Origin: an uncultured Gaiellales bacterium | GTDB lineage: Bacteria > Actinomycetota > Thermoleophilia > BMS3ABIN01 | DNA: 64,000 nucleotides | Assembly (NCBI GenBank): GCA_964497425.1 | Contig: CAZCCR010000002.1 | Span: forward strand, 40,336 to 104,335 | Direction: 5' to 3' | Shown here: positions 1 to 8,083 of the stretch, piece by piece | How the letters are laid out: the number at the start of each line of letters is the position of its first letter | How positions within the stretch are numbered: position 1 is the stretch's first letter | Made by a program: the position numbers and the translations under genes | The notes under the pieces: model-generated | Told to the model about the DNA's origin: nothing | What the model saw: only the letters and a program-made list of their open reading frames with translations | Database searches by the model: none

Positions 1-729
1 GATGCTTCCCGGCGCCTTTCCCCAGGGGTTCACCCAGCGACGGTCACGCGGCGTGTCCGTCTGGTTCCGCGTCGGGCTGAAGAAGACACCGCCGGAGTGC
101 ATCAGCTTGCTGAAGGGGAAGTAGAGCAGCAGCAGGAAGACCAGGCTGATATGGATGATGAACATCGGCTCCGTAGGCATGTCCTGCGGGCTGAAGGATA
201 CGATGCCCAGCACGAACTCCTTGACCGATGTGACGTTGGTGCGGGCGAAGTGCTTGAGGATATAGCCGCTGCCGGCGATGGCCATCAGCAGCAGCAGCAG
301 GATGTAGTCGTTCATCACCGAAAGGTATGCAGTGCGGTCCACCACCAGCCTGAGCACGAACAGCATCACCAGCCCTCCCAGCATGATCAGACCGGCGTAA
401 AGCTCGAAGGTGGTGATGTAGTGGATCCATTCAGGGGCCGAGGCGAAGAAGAAGCGATAGTGCTTGAGCAGAGCGAGGAAGAGCCCGATGTGGAACATGT
501 AGCCGAACAGCCAGATGATACGGTTGCTCTTCAGCAGGCTCCGGAACAGGCCTACCTCCAGCACCATCCGGCCCACGACGCCGCTGCCGGTGGTCGGGGA
601 AGGGGTCTGGTCGATCTTGAGGGGCGCGGGGGTCGTCGCGTATTTCCAGATACGGTAAAGGAAGCCGATCAGGAAAACGGCGACAGCAACATAAGCATAA
701 ATCAGGAAGAAGATCGTCAGTCCGCTCAT
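1..729 (-). CDS. NarI/DsrM-like heme-b membrane subunit (nitrate reductase gamma / HdrE family), 3' end truncated by the window edge; start ATG at 729
   Basis: Own translation of the minus strand from ATG 729 reads MSGLTIFFLIYAYVAVAVFLIGFLYRIWKYATTPAPLKIDQTPSP...HIGLFLALLKHYRFF...HISLVFLLLLYFPFSKLMH with no stop down to position 1. It shows multiple TM helices with conserved His, typical of the NarI/DsrM/HdrE family. This frame is not in the supplied ORF track. Confidence 0.6.
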   Translation of the reverse strand, partial: MSGLTIFFLIYAYVAVAVFLIGFLYRIWKYATTPAPLKIDQTPSPTTGSGVVGRMVLEVGLFRSLLKSNRIIWLFGYMFHIGLFLALLKHYRFFFASAPEWIHYITTFELYAGLIMLGGLVMLFVLRLVVDRTAYLSVMNDYILLLLLMAIAGSGYILKHFARTNVTSVKEFVLGIVSFSPQDMPTEPMFIIHISLVFLLLLYFPFSKLMHSGGVFFSPTRNQTDTPRDRRWVNPWGKAPGSI

Positions 730-916
730 ATCACATCCCTTTGGTCGGTAGCACCGGTGATCAGTACTGAACCTGCAACAGAACGCATCTCCCTATACCC
801 CCCCAAGTATTGGCAACGATAGCACGGCGAATCGGAGACTGTCAAACAGGCTGAAGCGCCCCCACCGCTTGTGCTTCTTTGGAACAATACCTTAGCGGGT
901 ATTTGAGACAAGTGGA

Positions 917-946
917 AATCTAACACCCTTTTTCGGTTCTTGTCAA
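917..946 (-). promoter_or_regulatory. Candidate sigma70 promoter for the NarI/DsrM-like gene (TTGACA-17nt-TTAGAT, with TGT just upstream of the -10)
   Basis: TTGACA is the reverse complement of 941-946. The only AT-richer patch in the 365-bp intergenic region. Confidence 0.3.
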
Positions 947-1040
947 TAGCCCGGGCTTTTCCGGGTGCTGCTTCCGTGGATCCCGCTTCCGGGGGAGGGC
1001 TTTTGGAGTGTGGCTTTCTCGGGGTCCGCCGCCGCCTGCG

Positions 1041-1100
1041 GCAGGCCTCCCCCATCAAGACCAGGCCTCTTCCGTCACGAGCAGGCCTCTTCCGTCACGA
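1041..1100. repeat. 3 x 20-bp tandem repeat (GCAGGCCTCTTCCGTCACGA-like; copies 2 and 3 match 19/20) spanning the last codons, stop and 3' flank of the CbiA/DsrN-like gene
   Basis: Units at 1041-1060, 1061-1080 and 1081-1100, read directly. Confidence 0.75.
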
Positions 1101-2525
1101 CTGCCCGATGAAGGAAACCAGACGCTCCGCCCACCGGGGTGAACCCAGGCTGTGCAGGTGGGCATAGGAGGCGAGGATGTTCCCGTGCAGGATGCCGTCG
1201 TGCCTGCCGTCCACGCCGGTGCCGCGTATGACCTTCCAGGCGAAGCCGGCCCCGCTCCCGCCCCGACGGCGCGAATCGCCCCCGGCCCCTTCCAGGCCGG
1301 TGATCTGTGAGTAGTGGAACTCGTGTCCCCGCACCCTGGCCCCGGCATCGAACCAGCCACCCTCTCCCGTAGCTTCCAGCTCCATGTAGCCGTGCCCCTG
1401 CGGTTTCTCGTGCATTAGGACGTCACAGGGGAGGGCGCCGACCATCTCCCGGGAGCCGCCCTTCCAGGTCATGCGCCGCGAGAGGTACATCAGACCGCCG
1501 CATTCCGCGTAGACGGGCATCCCGGCCGCAGCGGCCTCCCGTATCTGCCTGCGCATGCTGCTGTTGGCCTCCAGCTCCTCCATGAACACTTCCGGGAAGC
1601 CGCCTCCTATGAAAAGCCCATCCACCGAAGGCAGCTCGCCGTCGTCCATGGGGCTGAAGGGCACCAGCTCGGCGCCGGCCATTCGCAGGGCCTCCAGGTT
1701 CTCCGGGTAATAGAAGGTGAAGGCCCGGTCACGGGCCAGGCCGAGGCGGACACGGGGCTCCGGCGGCGTGGCGGCGGCCTGCACGCCACCGGCGATGGGC
1801 GGCGCCATCGCCGCTATCTCCCTGATCCGCTCCAGGTCCACATATCCGGTGATGGCGCCGCCCATCGCCTCTATCACCGACTCGGCCGCCAGGTGTTCCC
1901 GCGCCGGCTCCAGGCCGAGATGGCGCATGATTATGCCCATCTCCGAACGGCGGGGGATGGAGCCCACCACCTCGATATCCGTGTACTCCGCGATCGCCGC
2001 CCTGAGTTTCCGTTCGTGACGTGGACCGAAGACCTTGTTCAACACCACGCCTGCGATGGAGATGTCGGGCTCGAACTGCTGAAAGCCCATGAGCAGGGGA
2101 GCGATGCTGCGGTTCATGCTGCGGGTGTCGACGATGAGGACCACCGGCGCTCCCAGCAGCCGCGCCATGTCGGAGCTGCTGCCGCGGCCGTCCACTTCCA
2201 GGCTGTCATAGAGCCCCATGTTTCCCTCGATGATACCGATATCGGCAGGGCCGCTCTTCCCCCCGCCACCTTCCGCGACCGCGCCGGACGCCGCACGGCG
2301 GAAGGAGTCGAGGATGTTGTCCTCTCCCATCATGAACAGGTCCAGGTTGCGGCAGTCGTTGCCGGCTGCTGCGCTCAGCCACATGGGGTCGATGAAATCA
2401 GGCCCCTTCTTGAAGGGCTGCACCTTCAGGCCGGCGTCTCGCAGCGCCCGGCAGAGGCCGGTGCTGAGCGTGGTCTTGCCGGAACTGCGATGAGGACCGG
2501 ATATGAGTATCCTGGGAATCCGCAA
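1095..2525 (-). CDS. CbiA/CobB-family amidase (cobyrinic acid a,c-diamide synthase family; DsrN-like candidate siroheme amidase given context); TTG start
   Basis: 476 aa with an N-terminal P-loop (ISGPHRSSGKTTLSTGLCRAL) and a C-terminal glutamine amidotransferase region, the typical CbiA/CobB architecture. The next gene downstream is NarI/DsrM-like. Confidence 0.8.
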   Translation of the reverse strand: MRIPRILISGPHRSSGKTTLSTGLCRALRDAGLKVQPFKKGPDFIDPMWLSAAAGNDCRNLDLFMMGEDNILDSFRRAASGAVAEGGGGKSGPADIGIIEGNMGLYDSLEVDGRGSSSDMARLLGAPVVLIVDTRSMNRSIAPLLMGFQQFEPDISIAGVVLNKVFGPRHERKLRAAIAEYTDIEVVGSIPRRSEMGIIMRHLGLEPAREHLAAESVIEAMGGAITGYVDLERIREIAAMAPPIAGGVQAAATPPEPRVRLGLARDRAFTFYYPENLEALRMAGAELVPFSPMDDGELPSVDGLFIGGGFPEVFMEELEANSSMRRQIREAAAAGMPVYAECGGLMYLSRRMTWKGGSREMVGALPCDVLMHEKPQGHGYMELEATGEGGWFDAGARVRGHEFHYSQITGLEGAGGDSRRRGGSGAGFAWKVIRGTGVDGRHDGILHGNILASYAHLHSLGSPRWAERLVSFIGQS

Positions 2526-2540
2526 GATCGCCCTTTTATT

Positions 2541-2677
2541 CGGGGACGTACTTAAACTTGTGAAACTTGTGCTGTCATGCGGCTCGTTTCACACAGGTAG
2601 TGCCAAGAGTATAGAAAAAGCATGCATCATAGTGAATTCCGACGCCGGTAAGTCTCACAAGTTTCAGTACGTCCCCG
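2541..2677. repeat. MITE-like element or long hairpin: 24-bp inverted repeat (cggggacgtacttaaacttgtgag-like arms, 22/24 match) flanking ~80 bp, in the 5' leader of the CbiA/DsrN-like gene; a third partial arm copy at 2749-2766 overlaps the rluD stop
   Basis: Left arm at 2541-2571 (also carrying the direct repeat aacttgtg x2). The reverse complement of the right arm at 2653-2677 reads cggggacgtactgaaacttgtgag. Confidence 0.6.
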
Positions 2678-2706
2678 TTTGCCATCCGAAAGCCTGACAT
2701 CAGGCC

Positions 2707-2737
2707 TTGTATAGTGACAAATATACGTTTTGTCAAA
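2707..2737 (-). promoter_or_regulatory. Candidate sigma70 promoter for the CbiA/DsrN-like gene (TTGACA-17nt-TATACA on the minus strand)
   Basis: TTGACA is the reverse complement of 2731-2736, and TATACA of 2709-2714. This places the inverted-repeat element inside a ~175-nt 5' UTR. Confidence 0.4.
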
Positions 2738-2751
2738 TAAGTTTCATTAGT

Positions 2752-3693
2752 TTAAGAACGTCCCCGGAGATGCTGCAGAACGGTGCTGAGGTCATCCGGC
2801 AGCGGTGACTCCACTTCCACCGTCTCGCCCGTGTGTGGGTGGCGGAAACCGAGACGGGCGGCATGGAGGAACTGCCGGCCTATGCCCAGAGCGTCATGGC
2901 GCCTGCCGTACGTGGTATCACCCGCCACCGGGTGGCCGATGGCCGCCAGGTGGACCCTGATCTGATGGGTGCGTCCCGTCTCCAGTTCCACCTCCAGCAG
3001 GGAGTAACCATCATCGCCGCCATGGGCACGGCCCGCGTCTTTCCAGCTCTCCAGGACCCTGAAATGGGTGACGGCGTCGCGGCCCGCATCCCCCCCGACC
3101 GACATCTTCTGGCGATCCGCCCTGTCGCGCCCGACGGGAGCATCTATGGTGCCTTCCGCGGTCTGGAAGCTGCCATGCACCAGGGCGATATAGGTGCGCC
3201 GGACCTCGTGGCGCGAGAGCAAGTCCACCAGTAGCCGATGGGTCTCCGCATCCCGGGCCACCACCAGCAACCCGGAAGTGTCCTTGTCCAGCCGGTGGAC
3301 GATGCCGGGGCGCCGGGGATGCTCCCCGCCCGCCGCGCCGTGGGCCAGCAGGCCGTGGACAAGTGTGCCGCTGTCATGCCCTTTCGCCGGATGGGTGACC
3401 ATACCGGCCGGCTTGTCCACCACCAGCAGCCACCGGTCCTCGTAGGGAATGTCCAGGTCCATCTCTTCCGGTTCGAGCCCCGTCTCCCGGGGCGGCGGCA
3501 GGGTCGCGTCTATCACCTCGCCGGCGCGGAGCCTGTGGTTCTTGCCCCTGGTCTCGCCGTCCACCAGTACCATTCCTTCAGCGATGAGCCGCTGTGCCCT
3601 GGTCCGGGAGCCGACATCGGGCACCGTCGAGAGAAAGCTGTCCAGACGTGTGCCTTCTACTTCCGGAGCTACCTTTATGGTGACACTACTCAC
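2752..3693 (-). CDS. rluD: RluA-family 23S rRNA pseudouridine synthase (RluD-like)
   Basis: N-terminal S4-like domain, catalytic HRLDKDTSGLLVVA motif, 313 aa. Confidence 0.85.
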   Translation of the reverse strand: MSSVTIKVAPEVEGTRLDSFLSTVPDVGSRTRAQRLIAEGMVLVDGETRGKNHRLRAGEVIDATLPPPRETGLEPEEMDLDIPYEDRWLLVVDKPAGMVTHPAKGHDSGTLVHGLLAHGAAGGEHPRRPGIVHRLDKDTSGLLVVARDAETHRLLVDLLSRHEVRRTYIALVHGSFQTAEGTIDAPVGRDRADRQKMSVGGDAGRDAVTHFRVLESWKDAGRAHGGDDGYSLLEVELETGRTHQIRVHLAAIGHPVAGDTTYGRRHDALGIGRQFLHAARLGFRHPHTGETVEVESPLPDDLSTVLQHLRGRS

Positions 3694-4165
3694 CTTCGCT
3701 GCCCTGGAGCTGCATGCTCCCCGGGAATATGTACCGGAAGAGCAGCAGCGCCACCCCCATGGCGATGAAGATATCAGCGAAGTTGAAGGCGGGCCAGTGG
3801 GGCACGCGGATGAAATCAGTGACGCTGCCCATCAGCAGCCGGTCGAAGAGGTTGCCCAGGCTGCCAGCCAGCAGCATGGCCATGGGTGCCACCAGCTGTT
3901 CGTTATGCCTGATGGCCGCCGCCGCCAGCAGCAGCAGGAAGATGATGAAGCCGCCGACGAGCAGGATTATGCCGTCGTGGCCATCGAACATGCCGAAGGC
4001 GATACCGTTGTTCTGGATCAGTTGCAGCTTGAAGGCGGGCAGCACGGCGATGGTGTCGCCGTTGTCCATGCTGTTGCGTACGACGATCTTCACCACCTGG
4101 TCAACCGCCAGCAGCGACAGCGTCCAGATGAAGAGTTTAGCGGTTGGGTTGAACAGATATCTCAG
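3686..4165 (-). CDS. lspA: Lipoprotein signal peptidase II; canonical-start ORF begins at GTG 4096, but the first TM helix is encoded upstream in frame with no ATG/GTG/TTG (possible CTG/ATC start or a sequence error)
   Basis: Motifs NNGIAFGMF and FNFADIFIAMGVALL. Extending the frame upstream by hand gives LRYLFNPTAKLFIWTLSLLAVDQVVK, matching the LspA N-terminal TM1 and DQ-TK motif, bounded by a stop at 4166-4168. Confidence 0.75.
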   Translation of the reverse strand: MRYLFNPTAKLFIWTLSLLAVDQVVKIVVRNSMDNGDTIAVLPAFKLQLIQNNGIAFGMFDGHDGIILLVGGFIIFLLLLAAAAIRHNEQLVAPMAMLLAGSLGNLFDRLLMGSVTDFIRVPHWPAFNFADIFIAMGVALLLFRYIFPGSMQLQGSEGE

Positions 4166-4178
4166 CTATCTCGTCTCC

Positions 4179-4580
4179 CTATCTCGTCTCCTGTTCGCGC
4201 TGGCATTCGATACACCGCTCCACGTAGGGGAGGAACTCCAGCCTCTCGCGTGATATGGGCCTGCCGCATGATTTACAGTTACCGTAGTCACCCTTCTCAT
4301 ACTCGTCGATGGCCTCGTTGACCCTGTCCAGCAGAAGGCGGACCTTCTCCTCCAGGGACAGATCCAACTCGCGGTCCTGGGCCAGCGCCGCCAGCGCGGC
4401 TACGCGGTCCTCGTAACTGAGGCCGGCCGCCAGCTCCTGCTCCGATTCGTCCGTGTCGCGCTCCAGCCGCTCCAGGTCCGCCTCGAGCTTCTCCCTGGCT
4501 TCCTGCAGCTTTTTCAACAGATGTCCAGAATCTTCCGGCTTCATGATATAAAGGAAAAACCCCCGCTCTGATTGTTTCAT
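4179..4580 (-). CDS. DksA/TraR-family C4 zinc-finger protein
   Basis: C-terminal CKSCGRPISRERLEFLPYVERCIECQ four-Cys finger after a coiled-coil N-terminus. Confidence 0.75.
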   Translation of the reverse strand: MKQSERGFFLYIMKPEDSGHLLKKLQEAREKLEADLERLERDTDESEQELAAGLSYEDRVAALAALAQDRELDLSLEEKVRLLLDRVNEAIDEYEKGDYGNCKSCGRPISRERLEFLPYVERCIECQREQETR

Positions 4581-4906
4581 TCCCCACGGAGGATTCTTCT
4601 CAACCTCTCTTCAGCGTCCCCGGCCGGGACCCCGGCCAACAGGACTATTTTATCACGGGAGCGCTCCCCGCGCCGCAACCTAACCTGGTTCTTCCTCAGC
4701 CCCAGTTCCCGGGCCAGGAACCTCAGCAGCGCCTTGTTCGCCTTGCCCTCCACCGGAGGCGCCTGCAACCGCACCCTCAGCCGGCCGTCATGCTCCCCCA
4801 TGATCCGGTTTTTCTTCGCCCCGGGCGCCACCCTCAGGGCAAGCAGCGCCCCCTCGGGTGACGGCTCCAGCATCCTACCACTTGAAGTTTTTCTCTTCTG
4901 TGTCAA
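4577..4906 (-). CDS. DUF167 (YggU-like) protein
   Basis: 109 aa, RVRLQAPPVEGKANKALLRFLARELG motif typical of YggU/DUF167. The position after divIVA matches the conserved ylm/ygg cluster. Confidence 0.65.
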   Translation of the reverse strand: MTQKRKTSSGRMLEPSPEGALLALRVAPGAKKNRIMGEHDGRLRVRLQAPPVEGKANKALLRFLARELGLRKNQVRLRRGERSRDKIVLLAGVPAGDAEERLRRILRGE

Positions 4907-5618
4907 TCTCTACATCGGCGAAGGGGTCATCCTCGTCGCTGCCCGCCGCGCCGGGATGGAGGTCGGGGAAGCTTATCTCTTCCTCCGCCGCTTCCCCCGT
5001 TTCCGTATCCCCGGAGCCGCTCTCCGGGGACAGCGTCTCGTCGCCGGCGCCGGAGGCTGCTTCCGTCGCGGCCTCCTCTCCGTTGGTCGCCGCCTCGTCC
5101 GCCTCCGTGGTGTCCAGGGCCCCTTCCAGGGATGCCGGCAACGGCTCCTCGGCCTCCACGTCCTCGAAGACGCTGTCGTCGTCCTGGTCGAGTACGTTCA
5201 TGTAGCTCTCCAGAAGCTGCTTGAGCTGGTAACGCAGGTCCTCATGCTTCTGCTTGAGCGACTGCACCGACCGCTGTATCTTCTGCCTCTCCGCGTAGGA
5301 ATCGTTGATGATGCCCCGAGACTTCAGCTCGGCGTCGCGGAGGATGAGGTCCGCCTCTTTCTTGGCGTTGACCTTGAGTTCCTCCGCCTGCTCCTGGGCG
5401 GAGATGAGCGTCTTCTGCAGCGTCTCCTCGATGTTGCGGTACTGGGATATCTTCTCCTCCAGCGCCTCCAGCCTGTCCTTGTAGTCGATGTTCTCGTTGA
5501 ACAGGCGCTCGAACTCTTCCACTATCTCATCGAGGAACTCATCCACCTCCATGTCCTTGTATCCCCGCATCGACCTGCTGAACTCCTTGTGCCTGATATC
5601 CAACGGTGTGATTCTCAT
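4875..5618 (-). CDS. divIVA: Cell division protein DivIVA
   Basis: N-terminal MRITPLDIRHKEFSRSMRGYKDMEVDEFLDEI DivIVA motif, coiled coil, acidic tail. Confidence 0.9.
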   Translation of the reverse strand: MRITPLDIRHKEFSRSMRGYKDMEVDEFLDEIVEEFERLFNENIDYKDRLEALEEKISQYRNIEETLQKTLISAQEQAEELKVNAKKEADLILRDAELKSRGIINDSYAERQKIQRSVQSLKQKHEDLRYQLKQLLESYMNVLDQDDDSVFEDVEAEEPLPASLEGALDTTEADEAATNGEEAATEAASGAGDETLSPESGSGDTETGEAAEEEISFPDLHPGAAGSDEDDPFADVEIDTEEKNFKW

Positions 5619-5642
5619 CCCTGTTTCCTCCCTGTGTCGTGT

Positions 5643-5909
5643 TTACAGGTTGCTGACCACGAAGCTCTGGATTATCCCCAATACCAGCAGCCCTACCAGC
5701 GGGCTGAAATCGATCGGGCCCGCCAGCGGTATCAGCCGCCGGAACAGCCCAAGATAGGGCTCGGTCACGTCATGGACGAAACGGAAGACCATCAGCACGG
5801 TACGGTTGGACGGGATCCCGGTCCAGCTGAATATGACCCTGATGATGATGAACACATAATATGTGTAAAACAGCGCGTTGACAAAGCCGCGTACGTCGAA
5901 ACCCGACAT
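5643..5909 (-). CDS. yggT: YggT-family membrane protein
   Basis: 88 aa, two TM helices, conserved position between sepF/proC and divIVA. Confidence 0.75.
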   Translation of the reverse strand: MSGFDVRGFVNALFYTYYVFIIIRVIFSWTGIPSNRTVLMVFRFVHDVTEPYLGLFRRLIPLAGPIDFSPLVGLLVLGIIQSFVVSNL

Positions 5910-5911
5910 GT

Positions 5912-6718
5912 CTATCCCAGTTCGACGGCACGGTTCACGGCTACCTGCACCGAGTCGATGATGGCTGACCTGACCCCGTCCCGCTCCAGCTGGGAGATGC
6001 CGGCGGCGGTGGTGCCCGCGGGTGAAGTGACCACGTGCCTCAGCTCGCTGGGGGAGAGGCCAGCCTCGATCAGCAGCGCCGCCGTTCCGGAAAGCATGGA
6101 GAAGGTCAGCTCCCTCGCCACCGCCCCCGGCAGTCCGGTCATCACGCCGGCGTCCACAAAGGCGTCGGCGATGACCGCCATGAAGCCGGGGCCGCTGCCG
6201 GCGATTGCCGTCGCCGCGGCGAACAGCTTCTCCGGCATGGGCACTACCCGCCCCAGGCCGCTGAACAGCTCGAATACCTGTTCTTCCGTCTCCGGGTCCA
6301 CGTTGCTGCCCGAGGCGAAGCAGATGGTGCCGGCGCCCACCTCCACCGCCACATTGGGCATCAGGCGGAAGACAGGCACGTCTTCGGGGAAGAGCGCTTC
6401 CAGGAAAGCGATGGTGCGGCCTGCCGCCACCGAGGCCAGTATCTTGCCCCTGCCGAACAGTTCCACGGTATCGGCGACGGCGGATTCCACGTCGTTGGGC
6501 TTCACCGCTATCAGCACCAGGTCCGAGCGGCTCGCCAGGTCGACGTTGCCGGTAGCGGCTGCGACCCCCGTCTCCCGGCTGAGTTGTTCCGCCGCCTCCT
6601 CCCGGGCGTCGGCGACGATGATGCGCGACGCCATGGCAGGGTCATGCCTCAGCCAGCCCCTGACGAAGGCCGAGCCGATGTTGCCGCAGCCGATGAGACC
6701 GATCTTCCCGATCTTCAT
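5912..6718 (-). CDS. proC: Pyrroline-5-carboxylate reductase
   Basis: N-terminal Rossmann motif IGLIGCGNIG, 268 aa, P5CR C-terminal dimerisation region. Confidence 0.85.
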   Translation of the reverse strand: MKIGKIGLIGCGNIGSAFVRGWLRHDPAMASRIIVADAREEAAEQLSRETGVAAATGNVDLASRSDLVLIAVKPNDVESAVADTVELFGRGKILASVAAGRTIAFLEALFPEDVPVFRLMPNVAVEVGAGTICFASGSNVDPETEEQVFELFSGLGRVVPMPEKLFAAATAIAGSGPGFMAVIADAFVDAGVMTGLPGAVARELTFSMLSGTAALLIEAGLSPSELRHVVTSPAGTTAAGISQLERDGVRSAIIDSVQVAVNRAVELG

Positions 6719-7233
6719 GACTGGTTGAAGAAGCCCTTCTCCATCAGCCGCGCCCGCTCTTCGGCGGAAACCTCGACATTGCGCGGTGTCAGCAGGAACA
6801 CCTTGTCCGCTACCCGCTGCATGCCGCCGTCGAGGGCGTAGGTCAGGCCACTGGAGAAATCGATCAGGCGCTTGGCAAGGTCCGTGTCCGCGCTCTGCAG
6901 GTTGAGGATGACCGGCACGTCCGCCTTGAACTTGTCCGCCACCTGCTGGGCGTCGTTGAAGCTGCGGGGCAGCACCAGGTGCACCCTCACGTTGGCCGGC
7001 GAAGCGGACCTGAGTGGTTTGATGCGGGAGACCTTGTTGTCCTCGGGATAGATGTCATCATAGTCGACGCGCTGCTTGCGCGCGGAACGGCTTATCTTGC
7101 GGACGTTGGGCCTCTCCCGATAGGAAGCTTCCAGCGAGCGGCTCGCCTCCAGGTGCTCCTCTTCGGCTCCGTATTCTTCCTCATCGAACCGGTCTTCCGC
7201 CAGCCCGAAATATACGAGTGTTTTTTGCCACAT
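6715..7233 (-). CDS. sepF: Cell division protein SepF (likely start at MWQKTL)
   Basis: MWQKTLVYFGL start motif, central acidic linker, C-terminal SepF domain (VILNLQ...DGGMQRV). Confidence 0.85.
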   Translation of the reverse strand: MWQKTLVYFGLAEDRFDEEEYGAEEEHLEASRSLEASYRERPNVRKISRSARKQRVDYDDIYPEDNKVSRIKPLRSASPANVRVHLVLPRSFNDAQQVADKFKADVPVILNLQSADTDLAKRLIDFSSGLTYALDGGMQRVADKVFLLTPRNVEVSAEERARLMEKGFFNQS

Positions 7234-7360
7234 GCTAGCTATGGCTACCACCTCCAGACATGAAGATTTGAATCATCTTTCTACCTGTCTTTTCCTATCC
7301 CTCTATAGTGGTCCCTTTATAGTGATATGGATATCTTTCCCGCACAGGAAGCACGTCCTC

Positions 7361-8083
7361 TCAATCCTGCCGGCGCCGGCGGCAGCCGTACAGCACGCTG
7401 CCGACCCGGATGATGGTGGCACCCTCCTCCGCCGCCACCACATAATCGTTGCTGGTGCCCATGGATAGCTCCCGGAAGCTGTGGCGACCCCGCCAGTCAC
7501 GGGCGAGCCTGAAAGAGAGTTCGCGCAAGGCCGCGAAAAGGGGGCGGGAATCTTCGGGGTCTGCCGCCAGCGGCGGCATGGTCATGAGGCCGGTGAAATC
7601 CACCATGGTGAAACTTTCAGCCTCCTCCAGGAAGCGGTTCACTTCGGAGGGAATGATACCATACTTCCCCGGCTCTTCGCCAATGTTGACCTGCAGGAGA
7701 ACTTTTGCTTTAGTATGCGCCCGCCGCTGGATCTCGCGCAAGACGGATATTGATTCCACGGAGTGGATCAGCCGCACCCGCGGCAGCACCTGCCGTACCT
7801 TGTTGCTCTGCAGGTGCCCGATGAAATCCCAGGTGAAGCGGCTGCTAAAACGGTCGTAACGCGCCGCCAGGTCCTGGGCCCGGTTCTCGCCCACGAGCCT
7901 GACCCCTGCCTCCGCCAGCGTCTCCAGCGCTTCCGCGTCCACGTACTTGATCGCCGCCAGCATCTCCACCCCGCCGGGGGAAAGGCCGGCGCGGCGGCGG
8001 GCCGCGTCCACTTCCGCCTCGATACGCTCCCTGTTCTGCCTGATGGCGGCGGCGTCGAGGTCACCCCTGCCGTATCTCACCCG
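7361..8083 (-). CDS. yggS: YggS-family PLP-homeostasis protein (alanine racemase N-terminal fold); start approximate
   Basis: IKYVDAEAL...VRLVGENRAQDL...HLQSNKV motifs. Overlaps the upstream pgeF stop. Confidence 0.8.
   Translation of the reverse strand, partial: RVRYGRGDLDAAAIRQNRERIEAEVDAARRRAGLSPGGVEMLAAIKYVDAEALETLAEAGVRLVGENRAQDLAARYDRFSSRFTWDFIGHLQSNKVRQVLPRVRLIHSVESISVLREIQRRAHTKAKVLLQVNIGEEPGKYGIIPSEVNRFLEEAESFTMVDFTGLMTMPPLAADPEDSRPLFAALRELSFRLARDWRGRHSFRELSMGTSNDYVVAAEEGATIIRVGSVLYGCRRRRQD

Noticed and set aside
97-822. 241-aa plus-strand ORF (Q/E/D/H-rich) and 44-430 minus ORF
   Set aside because: A different frame of the same region encodes a clean NarI/DsrM-like multi-TM protein on the minus strand from ATG 729. 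The listed ORFs are low-complexity off-frame artefacts.
2526-2751. Possible cobalamin riboswitch upstream of the CbiA-family gene
   Set aside because: The B12-box, GGTGAAA and GCCACTG-type conserved elements could not be found by eye. The region is better explained by a 24-bp inverted repeat. Kept only as an alternative to exclude by Rfam scan.
4572-6728. 718-aa plus-strand ORF
   Set aside because: Lies antisense to divIVA, yggT and proC. It has proline/arginine-rich low-complexity composition typical of a reverse-frame artefact in high-GC DNA, with no motifs.
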